Translations under genes and position numbers: made by a program
Notes under the pieces: model-generated
Seen by the model: the letters and a program-made list of their open reading frames with translations, nothing else
What the model was told of the DNA's origin: nothing
Database searches by the model: none
Shown: piece by piece, positions 24,601 through 34,808 of the stretch
Position numbering within the stretch: position 1 is the first letter of the stretch
Layout of the letters: every line of letters starts with the position of its first letter
Origin: Octopus bimaculoides
Lineage: Eukaryota
DNA length: 41,443 bases
Direction: 5' to 3'
NCBI RefSeq assembly: GCF_001194135.2
Contig: NC_069000.1
Span: 36,686,336 to 36,727,778 of the forward strand

Positions 24601-27600
24601 GCAGAAGTAAAGAATACATACACCACCTGTTTTCAGCAGAACAAAAACCCTAACCCCAAACACCAGGTATGCATATTCTTTACTTTTGCCAACAGTTTAC
24701 ATGAGTAGACACCGAATTTAAGCAGATTTTAAGAAAGAAAGAAAAACAAAATGCAGCAAGTTCAATGGAGTCTATCCTTTGCTGATGTCTAAGACTAAAC
24801 AAATGTTAGGGAGTTGTTTTCTGCACTTCCACCGTACAGTTTTTCTTCTATCAGCTACAGTAATTTTTAATGAACTTTTTAATGCTCACTGCTTTGAACT
24901 TTTAGAATCTACAAATAACTATGTGTTAAGGCATTTACTTTCCAACCACTTTTGGGTTGAGTCTCACAGCATGGCTCCTTGGGCAAGTATCTTCCTCTAA
25001 AGCTCTAGGTTGACCAAAGCCTTATTGAGTGCATCTGGCAGATGGAAACTTGAAGAAACCATTGCGTGCCTGTGTTTGTCTGCTGTTGTTTCCTTGCCTG
25101 TCATTGCACAATGGTTGTAGACAAGTGTTACTATTTTGCAATCATCCCTCCCATCTTCCATGAAAAATTGTCCGATGGTGTGGAAACACTAACTTTTGCA
25201 GAAACAAGTGAGAATTGGCGACAGGAAAGGTATCTGGCCATAGAAAATCCACCTGACCAAGGCAAATATGGAAAAGTATACGAAAGAGACAATATTTAGC
25301 ACGATCTTCGGATACAATGGATTGAACACCTGGAACATGTTTGATAATAATAGGGTTGTATTGAGTTAAGAAACAAGAACAAACTATTCTCTAAAATTAT
25401 TTTATTTATTCCATTACAGTGCCAATGAAAAAAATACTTTGTTGTAGAACTCAATGCCACAAAAACTCTCACTTACTTGCAGCACTAATATTCATCTGTT
25501 TTTCTACCTCACTCTGCAACTCTTTTAATTTTTCTGCTTCTTCCTCCATCTCTCTTACTCTGGCTTTAATAGCTTCTAATTCCTGTTGAAGAAATTCCAA
25601 GAACAATACAAATATGAAAATTTCACGTTTTAACAAAGACAGCGCGGAACAAAGAACAAAATATTGTTATATACGAAAAAAGTACGTTTGATTCAGACAG
25701 TTTTCTCCGGAATACACAGTATAAAAGCGAACGTGATGTTCTAAACTCGAAAAAAGTAAATAATTCCTAATCAAGAGGGTTTTTTTGACCGTAATTAAGG
25801 GATTTGGAAAAGTTTAATTATAAATTAAATACAAATTGTCTGCTCGATCAGAAACGGTAAAATTTTATCAAACAAAATAAAATATAACGAAATTGTTTGT
25901 AGTAACGTTTAATCACAGAAAGTATAATATATTTATTAATATGTCGAGTTGGGCTAAAACACCTATTTAAAGCAACGAGTACTTGAGACACGTAAATNNN
26001 NNNNNNNNNNNNNNNNNNNNNNNNNNNNNNNNNNNNNNNNNNNNNNNNNNNNNNNNNNNNNNNNNNNNNNNNNNNNNNNNNNNNNNNNNNNNNNNNNNNN
26101 NNNNNNNNNNNNNNNNNNNNNNNNNNNNNNNNNNNNNNNNNNNGCTGTCTATTGATTGACTGCAGAGGTGGATGCGTTAGTATGCTTGATGAAATGTAGC
26201 AACGTACACATTTGAAATGAACAACTTCACCTATATATATGTAAGGTTTAGGAGGGTATTGGATTTAACCAAACCGAAAGATACAGGTAATACCGAGTAA
26301 GTGCTGTATACCGGCTAGTTTCTATCCATAAAATATATTTCTAACTTTGCCATTGTTCTCTTTATCCTTTTCTCTATTTATACACACACACACATATTGC
26401 AAGTAATCTCAAAATATTAGACATTTTGTAGTGATTATCTTGTATGTCATAAAAACTTTTGTGAATACAAGAATTTATAATGCTAAAAAAATTTCCTAAC
26501 ACCTTCACATTATTCCAACATTGAATCGTTTGCAGGAATAACAAAACGATTTTTTTTTAAAGAATGGATATTGAAGTCTTTCAAATCGATCGTTCGTACA
26601 CGTGTATATGAGGGAGGCAGAGGAGAGAAGAACGGTTCTAAATCGATATTCAATTATGTAACAATTTCTGGTTATAATTATTTACTAGCAACCCAATTTT
26701 ATCCCCACAAACAAGAAACGGAAAGATACGGTCGTCAATTCCAAAAATAGCTTTTCTTTTTTATTATTACACTATCGGCAAAATAGCAGCAGCAATAGAA
26801 AATAAATAGGGCTGTGAACATAGAAGTGACCTTTTTTATATATATATATATATTTTAAATAGGTAAGACAGCTGATAGAATTTAATCAAGATTCTCCAAC
26901 CCGGGAAGCGTTCTCCATTCGCCAGTTTCCTTTGGAATCAAGCGCCAGCTTCTTCAGTAAAAGATGTCATATATCCTTCCTTGCACTAGACTGATATACC
27001 AATATATATATATTAGATTGATATACCAATATAATTTTTACATATATATATATATTACATCACGACAAAAGAATAAAATAAAAAACAATTTTCTAAAATT
27101 TTATTATTTCTTTAAAGAGAGTCGAAAGAAATTTCATCTATTATTTAAATTTTGCTTTATTTTATTATCCCCAAAGAGGAAAAAAGCATCTAGTTTTGAG
27201 CTACAAAATAGAAGCGGGAGTGTAGAAAAGAAACAAACGAATTAAAAGAAAGACATTCTTGAAATGGTATTTAAAGAAACGTGGGCGAATTTCTGAAACT
27301 ACAGCGGAGACGACGGACGGGTAGGTGTGAGGGGAGAAAAGCTTTTCTTTCTACCTTAAAAGATTTTACAAAACCTTCACACACATTTAATAAACAGCAT
27401 GACGAACAACCTGCTACCTGAAATAGTATAGGTTCTTCATTATTAAGCATCATAGGTTTCGGTTTTATTTCTGTCTACATGGCAAATCAGATTTTTTTGT
27501 TTGATTTTTAAGGAGGAAAAAAAAGAAAAAAAATATCTAACAGTAGGTGATGTCATGATAAAGAAAACCAAACTCCTGAGAAAAAACTAATCAAAGCGCT

Positions 27601-28053
27601 CTCATCAGTTGCTCCGCCATTTTCAGTGTCCATGCGTTAAGATTAAAAACGTTTATCTTTTTATAAATGTATATACACGTATGTATATATATGTACATAT
27701 ATAATAGGTCGAAATGTATAATTCTTTGTGAAATAGACAAAACTGCTGAATGGAAATAAATCGCAAAATGTTGCAAATATCAAAAGCAACATTCAAAATT
27801 CCTTAGTCTGCTCCTAGAAATATTAACAAAACAATGGCAAAGGTTCATTCCACCGCTAATAAGAAAAGGGATCTAACAAAAAAATCTATAACTATCTATC
27901 TAAAGATATATATATTATAGCACTTCATGTGTGAGAGAATTAGTCACTTACAGGATCTTCAACCGATTCATCATTTCCCGTAACTCCTATAGCATCTACC
28001 GACGAGTCCATGTTAAAACTTTCTTGTTCGCCGTTTTCAGTATCTGCCATCAT
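18595..28053 (-). CDS. PABPN1: Nuclear polyadenylate-binding protein (PABPN1/PABP2), complete 7-exon gene, 645-nt CDS, 214 aa
   Basis: Manual assembly join(28053-27952,25582-25477,24228-24164,23637-23531,22823-22736,20732-20593,18631-18595). All introns are GT-AG and phases match (0,1,0,2,0,2). Translation contains the coiled coil [23 protein letters not shown], an RRM ([16 protein letters not shown]...KGFAYVEF), an Arg/Gly-rich tail and a C-terminal WYQPY. Confidence 0.97.
18960..19466 (+). mobile_element. Non-autonomous Tc1/mariner element in the PABPN1 terminal intron
   Basis: TIRs CAGGGTGTCCCAGAATTAAC / GTTAAATTCTGAGAGACCCTG followed by TA; internal transposase C-terminal remnant [21 protein letters not shown]. 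Confidence 0.85.
20593..20732 (-). CDS. PABPN1: PABPN1 exon 6 ([46 protein letters not shown])
   Basis: AAG acceptor, GTCAGT donor, 140 nt, [11 protein letters not shown] motif plus RG-rich tail. Confidence 0.96.
22736..22823 (-). CDS. PABPN1: PABPN1 exon 5 ([29 protein letters not shown])
   Basis: TAG acceptor, GTAAGT donor, 88 nt, contains RNP1. Confidence 0.97.
23531..23637 (-). CDS. PABPN1: PABPN1 exon 4 ([36 protein letters not shown])
   Basis: AAG acceptor, GTAAGT donor, 107 nt, RRM core. Confidence 0.97.
24164..24228 (-). CDS. PABPN1: PABPN1 exon 3 ([22 protein letters not shown])
   Basis: TAG acceptor, GTAAGT donor, 65 nt, start of the RRM (RNP2). Confidence 0.96.
25477..25582 (-). 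CDS. PABPN1: PABPN1 exon 2 (coiled coil, [35 protein letters not shown])
   Basis: CAG acceptor, GTAAGT donor, 106 nt, near-identical to the PABPN1 helical domain. Confidence 0.97.
27614..27623 (-). promoter_or_regulatory. YY1-type motif AAAATGGCGG in PABPN1 intron 1
   Basis: Exact match to the YY1 consensus, about 330 nt into intron 1. Confidence 0.5.
27952..28053 (-). CDS. PABPN1: PABPN1 coding exon 1 ([34 protein letters not shown])
   Basis: ATG at 28053, 102 nt, ends EDP followed by GTAAGT donor. Acidic N-terminus ending EDP as in the vertebrate exon 1; no polyalanine tract. Confidence 0.9.
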
Positions 28054-28199
28054 TACGAGAACAAAATTATGTAAAGTGCAAACTACTCGATTTGCGCTAT
28101 CTAAAGAAGACAAATTCACCTAACTAAACAATGCATTTACCACAAGATGTTATCAGATGAATACACTTGTGCTCCTCTTACTACAAAAACGCAGATATT

Positions 28200-28440
28200 T
28201 AAACGAACAAAGATGGCTGTATTGCATGTAATAAACACACTTGGATGGAATTTTGGATGGGATCACGTGAACGCTGGAAACGAGGCTAGATTTTTCGCAT
28301 GCGTGCGCACTTGTCACTAACATATTCTTTTTCTAGCCGCCTGCGCACGTTGGCGATACGGTGTTCCCCCTACGTGGGTGGTTCTGTAACGGGAGATCGA
28401 AACTGAATTATTCGGTTGTACGGCAATATTACGATTAATT
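28200..28440 (-). promoter_or_regulatory. PABPN1 promoter region (CpG-enriched; E-box TCACGTGA 28263-28270; NRF1-like CGCATGCG 28296-28303)
   Basis: Local CpG and GC enrichment 150-390 nt upstream of the ATG, with housekeeping-type motifs. Confidence 0.65.
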
Positions 28441-28450
28441 CTTATTATAC

Positions 28451-28484
<34 letters not shown>

Positions 28485-31400
28485 ATTTTGTCTACAATGT
28501 CCTGTACCCAGATATGCATCTATATATACAGGTAGATGTAAGTATGTACATACATGTACGTATATATGCATATACTCATTTATTATTTGTATACATATAG
28601 ATGCCTGACAAAGTAGGTTCGTTCGACTAAACTTTAATTTGCATGGAGCAAATTAGAATTCAAAACACGTGTTTGTGTATTATATAATGGTAATAATAAT
28701 GATGATGATGATAATGAATGGAACATGGCCAGTAATTTCAGGAGAGGGGATAAGTCGATTACATCGACCCTAGTACTCAACCGATACCTATTTTATCGGC
28801 CCCGAAAAGATGAAAGACAAAGTCGACCCGAGGAGCCTTTTGAGCTCAACACGCAGACAGACGAAATGCTGCTAAGCATTTTGTCTGGCGTGGTTCTCCA
28901 ACCCTGGAAGCGTTCTCCATATAATAATAATAATAATCTAATAAGATTCTACCATATAATAATCAAAAAGGAAAAGAACATAGGCATTCCTTTATTTCAA
29001 ATGTTTAACGAAATTGACACAGCAATCGAAACCCGAAAAGCTTAATATGTTGTGTAAAACCCCTCACCGTTGATTTTGTTTCCTCATAAATGTTTAAATG
29101 GATATTTAAAAAAAAAAATTTCTACAGATACTTTTCAGGTGGTGTAGATTACGATTATATCGGAATTTAATAAAAAATCAAAATGTAGGGTACGCACAAG
29201 TACAGGGGACATTTGGAAATTGTAACGTTTCTGTGTGCGTGTGCGCACGGCTACCAATTTTATTTTATTTTACTTTTTCTTTAAATTCATTAAATTTCGA
29301 TATTATTGTAATCTGTATCATTTGAGTGCTAACTGTAGAAATTTTCATTCAAAAATAACCATTTTCTTGAGAGTTATGAGATAATAAATGTTGGAGCACA
29401 TATGTGTAGATAACCCCCCCCCCCACACACACACACATTATTTTTATGCTCATCTATAATAAAAACACCCTTATCTTCTCTTCTAAGCAAACACAAATGC
29501 ACAAAGGCATATTGACTAATTCTCAGGAAGACCTTGAGAGGACAAGACATTGAAGAGGTCACGAATAGCGACAATAGGACTTCAGCAAACAAACAACCAA
29601 TTGATTGCTTAACCGGCACATTAAGCAAAGGATCGATTAGTTAGCTGGTTGGTTATTTAACCAAATAACTAACAATAAAGAAGTGATATTGAACCAGTGT
29701 TTGTATTGTTATTACTGGATAATGACCCTCCCCAAGACATGACATAATAAAAAATCATTTTATCTTGTAGTTGCTAAGCATGCTTCTTAACCACACAGTC
29801 AGACTTCAGAATTAGGGGTTGTACAGGACAAATTTATTATTCTTAAACAAGAATATTACTGACAGTGACTTCGAAGTTTCAGCCAGCTAAGCAATCATTG
29901 GACTGTAGTCCAATGATGGCTTAGTCAAAACTTCAAAGTCACTGCCAACAACATTCTTGTTAAAGAATTTTATATATCATAAACATCATCATTTAACGCC
30001 CATTTTCCATGCTGGCATGGGTTGGACGGTTTGACCAGGGCTGGTAAGCTGAAGGCTGCACCAAACCCCAGACTGATTTGGCATGGTTTCTACAGCTGGA
30101 TGCCCTTCTTAATGCCAATCACTCCAAGAGTGTAACGGGTGTTTTTACCTGCCACCAGCAAGGGTGCCAGTTGTGTGACCCCAGTATCTGCTACGACTAC
30201 AATTTCACTTGGCTTGAGGTGTCTTCTATTCAAGCACAGCATATTGCCAAAGGTCTTGGTTGTTTGTCACTGCCTCCATGGGACCCAATGCTCAAAAGGT
30301 ACTTTTTACGTGACACCAGCATTGGCCACATTGCCTCCATCAAGCTTGTTTCAGCTTTAAAACCAGTCATGTTGGGGCACGCAAACACACACACATAATT
30401 ATGTATATATACACACGTGTGTATAAAACCCAGAGCTGATTTTTCAAAATCTTATTAGTATGGGTACCAATTAATTCTAAGAGGTTCCAGGCAAAGGAAT
30501 CAAGCCCAGCTCCTAAACTATAAGATTCACTAAGAAAAGCTTTCTTACTTTATGATGAATGTTACCCTATGCTTTAAAAAAAGAAATTCGTTTATCTAAA
30601 TGCAAAAATGTAAGACAGATGTAGTTGGACTTAATCAACTCACCCTCAGCACAACATATCTTATTTTATCAGACACAGCAAACTTAAGTGGAAAAAAAGT
30701 TGACTCTAACAATAATGTCAAGGAGGTTAAATATTGCCACCCGCCAAGTCATTTAAAATTAGCATTTTTCTGATTCTGGAATCCTTTCTAAAAAATAGAA
30801 ATATTAATATTTCTAAGTCTCTCTAAAGGAGACTACGGCAGCGGTACTAGATATTAATAGTTATCACCACACGAATCTGTGTCCATCGGACACAGATTCA
30901 CGTATCACATAGCCAGCTAGAGGCGATGGCCTCTTGGAGCTAATCAACGGCAGCATTCGTCCTATTTTTTTAGACTGCTATGTTAGCTTGGCGATAACTA
31001 TTAATATTTCTAAAAAAATGTTTTGAATAAAGTGTCATTAAAAGAATGTATACACATTTTAGGAAAGGAAAAATCTGTATATATCAGTGTTCTTGCAATT
31101 TGATAAAACATTGTAAGAGGTATTTATATTCATAGGGATATTTATACAAATTTTTCTCCTCTCCTAAAGTGTGTATACATCTTTTTGGTGGACTGTGTAT
31201 ACTAAGTCCAATGTCCTTGATTTTTAAATGGAGAACTAAAGAAGGTAAAATATATATTGTGCAGTGTTTGTGTACATCAATAGTAAATGAGATTTCTAAA
31301 TAACATTATGTTAATTCTAAAGCACACTTAACAACCACATGGTTTGGGGTTCAGTTCTACTGCACAGCACTTTGGGCAAGTATCTTTTATGGCCCTGCCT

Positions 31401-31539
31401 TGTGTGAAAATTTGGTAGATGGAAACTGAGTGGAACCTTATTGTGTGTGGGGTTGATGTAATCGACTTAATCCCACTGTCTGTCCTTGTTTGTCCCCTCT
31501 CTGTTTAGTCCCTTGTGGGCAATAAAGAAATAAGAAACA

Positions 31540-31935
31540 TTAGCACACTGGGCAAAATGCTTAGTGGTATTTCATCTATTTTTACGTTCTGAGTTCAAAT
31601 TCCACCAAGGTTGACTTTGCCTTTCACCCTTTTGGGGTCGATAAATGAAGTACCAGTTGTGTACTGGGGTCGATCTAATCGCCTAGCCCCTTTCCCCAAA
31701 ATTTCAGGCCTTGTGCCTAGAGTAGAAAAGAAAAGAATATTTAAAGGCAGCAAGCTGGTGGAAATATTAGCATGCCAGGCGAAATGCTCAGCGGTATTTT
31801 GTCTACGTCCTGAGTTCAAATTCCTCCAAAGTTGACTTTGCCTTTCAGGGACAATAAATTATGTACCAGCTGCATACTGGGGTCAATCTAATCGACCCCC
31901 CCAAAAAAAAATTTCCGGCCTTGTGCTCAGAGTAG
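31540..31935 (+). repeat. SINE family B, two tandem copies
   Basis: GAGTTCAAATTCC B-box followed by GTTGACTTTGCCTTTCA...AAGTACCAG. Minus-strand copies near 2830-3040, 28725-28890, 32000-32215, 33510-33860 and 36230-36410. Confidence 0.8.
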
Positions 31936-32222
31936 AAAAGAATATTTTACAGTGCTAAATTAAATAAAATTAAGATAACAACATTCCCTCTTATGAGACA
32001 CTGGTCCGTTGCAAGGCTCAAAGCCAGCAATTTTGAGAGACGGTGGTTAGTTAATACCATTGACCCCACTACTTGACTACTATTTTATTTCATCCAACCA
32101 TGAAGGAGTGAAAGGCAGAGTTGACCGTAGATGAATTTGAACCCAGAATGTAAAAAGCTGGAATAAATGCCACTATGCATTTTGTGTGACGTGCTAACGC
32201 ATTTGCCAGTTAGCTGCCTTAA

Positions 32223-32429
32223 CCCTTTCTGTTGAGATACTCTGCGTTTCTTTCAATTACTTTAAATATAACAAAGAATTTAGTAAAATAACTTAGTTAT
32301 CATTCAGCTAGTGTTAGGAACATAAATTGTGACTAAGGTTTGGTGGAAGATTTTAATTCAAAACTTATGAAAACAAGACATCTGTACTCAGAGCCACAGC
32401 CGGTTTCAGTCGGGTTGGTAATCAAAGGG
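32223..32429 (+). mobile_element. piggyBac-type MITE
   Basis: TTAA|CCCTTT ... AAAGGG|TTAA. Confidence 0.8.
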
Positions 32430-33129
32430 TTAAGGCGTGTTATCTGGTCTTTGGGTACCATCATATATACATATACACGTGTGTGTGTGCATCTTTGCGA
32501 GTATTTGTCACACCCCTCCACCACTTGACAACCAGTGTTGGTTTGTTTACATCTCTGTAACTTAGAGGTTTGGTAAACAAGAGAGACGCAATTAATACTA
32601 GACCGGAGAAGAAAAAGGAAAAATACAAATACTAGGGTCAATTTATTTAACTAAAACCTATTGAGGTGGTGCCCCAGCATGGCCACAGTCTAATGACTGA
32701 AACAAGTTAAAAGACAAATAGCAAAGTAAATTATCAGATTTTCAGAAAAAGAAACAAACAATGACAATAAGAGTAGCAGTAATGTACACTCTGTAAACTG
32801 TGATCATTCATGATCATCTCCATAAAATGAATTTTATTTTTTTATTGAGTAAAATGAAAGTGAAAGTAGGCTGAAATGATAGTGTGGAGTTTCAACAACA
32901 AATATTTTTTATCTTTAAATGTATTGACCAATTGCTCTCTGCCTTATGCGGCTGTTTTATAACATGAAACTGATTGGGAGCAGGATAAGTGTAAGTTTGA
33001 TAGGCACAATAACTGTCCCTTATAATGAAACATTCGTTTCAAATTTTGGCACAAGGCCAGCAATTTCAGAAGGGGGTAAAGTTGATTACATTGACCCCAC
33101 CCCGAATCATATTCTTTTAATTTTTTACA

Positions 33130-33510
33130 TGTTTTAGTCATTTGATTGTAGCCATGCTGGAGCACCACCATAAAGGGTTTTAGTCAAAGAAATCGACCCC
33201 AAGACTTATTCTTTGTAAGCCTAGTGCTTATTCTATTAGTCTCTTTTGCTGGACTGCTAAGTTACAGGGACATAAACACACCAACATCAGTTGTCAAGCG
33301 ATGGTGAAGGGACAAACACAGACACAAACACATAAATATATATACATATATACGACGGGCTTCTTTCAGCTTCCGCCTACCGAATCCACTTGCAAGGCTT
33401 TCATCAGCTTGAGGCTATATATAGCAGAAGACACTTGCCCAATGTGCCACGCAGTGGGACTGAACCTAGAACCATGTGGTTGGGAGGCAAGTCTCTTACC
33501 ACACAATCAC
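33130..33510 (-). repeat. SINE family A
   Basis: Reverse-complement copy. Further partial copies near 315-450, 7430-7830, 8155-8310, 23215-23365, 24925-25110, 31330-31520, 32470-32715, 35120-35345 and 37810-37990. Confidence 0.85.
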
Positions 33511-34632
33511 ACCTGCACTTGGTACTTATTTTATCGACCCTGTAAAGATGACAGGCAAATTCAACCTTGGTGGAATTTGAACTCAGAAAGTAAAGATGAA
33601 CAAAATGCTCTAGCATGCTAATGATTCTGCCAGCTTACTGCCTTATGATAAAATATTGATTTCAAATTTTATTATGTGGCCAGCAAGTTGGGATGAAGGG
33701 GTAAGTTGATTACATTGACCCCAGTCATATACTGATACTTATTTTATTGACCCCCGAAAGGATGCAAGGCAAAGTTAACATTGGTAGAATTTGAACTCAG
33801 AATGTAAGGACAGACAAAATACCACTAAGCATTTTGTCAGGCATGCTAATAATCGTGCCAGCTAGCAGAATAAAATATTGCAAATGAACCACAGTTGTAA
33901 CAGTCTGTTAGCACAAACTTGGGTAAAACTGCTAACAACATCAGCAGCTATATAGTGAGACTACATCATTTCATTACACCTTCTTCTGCACAATACATTT
34001 TAATTTCTTGTCTCTGGTCAATGTTATTTCCTATTTGTTCCCATCTAGAAATCAAAGGAAGTGACTATTATTCCTTTCAATTTTTGTTTTGTGACGGGGA
34101 CATCAATGTTTTGAAACTGACCTTATATTTTCCATTACATTTCAGACAGATTCAGTGCTGAGTTGTTGCAGTAGAAATGTCACTATAGCAAATATTCTGC
34201 TCAATACAACAAATTTGCTTGTCAGTTCTTGAGAGGTAGACCCCGAAACGGCGTGCATTCTTTCCAGATGACCCCATACACTTGCTGGCTTCCGGTATGC
34301 AGAGTTCTCGACTGGTAGCACTTGCATGTGCAAGTTGTTTGCAAGACATCAATATTCTGCTCAATACAACATATTTGCTTGTCAGTTGCCTGACCTTAAC
34401 CACACGAGCATGTCTTTTAGAGGATGCATCTCTGACCATGAGAAGTAGTTGGGGAGCATCATAACCATGTAATGAGAGGGATTCTTTGGGGTTTGAATAA
34501 ATGTAAGAAAAGCAAAGTTTGAAGGAAATATTAGCCATTGTTCATATTTTCTAGGGGTAAGCAAATAGGAAACAACAGTTGCTACCCAAAGACAAAAATG
34601 GTGGAGTGCAATTTTATTTAATGACTGCATTA

Positions 34633-34808
34633 CCTTTTGACACCAACCCATCTGAAACTGCTCACTGGCCCAATGATGCCAACTCCCAGTTTTTTAAAGG
34701 GGGATTTAAATCAAAACCTATCAAAATTTCACCAGTTTAATAGTCAAAATTATTTTACTAAATTCTTCATTATTCCCAAAATTTATTGAAGCAAAGGTAG
34801 AATAGAAA
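34633..34808 (-). mobile_element. piggyBac-type MITE, truncated by an N-gap
   Basis: Reverse complement aligns with the 559 and 32223 copies (GAATTTAGTAAAATAA...GGGTTGGTGTCAAAAGG). Confidence 0.7.

Noticed and set aside
34225-34260. Hammerhead-like TTGAGAGGTAGACCCCGAAAC
   Set aside because: Lacks the CUGANGA core, and no stem I/III or cleavage triplet could be built.
33966-34550. Pair of phase-2 acceptors (34550, 34044) pairing with each other like mutually exclusive exons, and the 128-aa ORF 34152-34538
   Set aside because: Complementarity extends well beyond the splice sites, so it is better explained as foldback-element arms. The internal repeat falls in different frames of the ORF, which argues against coding.
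34633-34720. Apparent exon GFDLNPPLKNWELASLGQ*
   Set aside because: It is the end of the same piggyBac-type MITE family.
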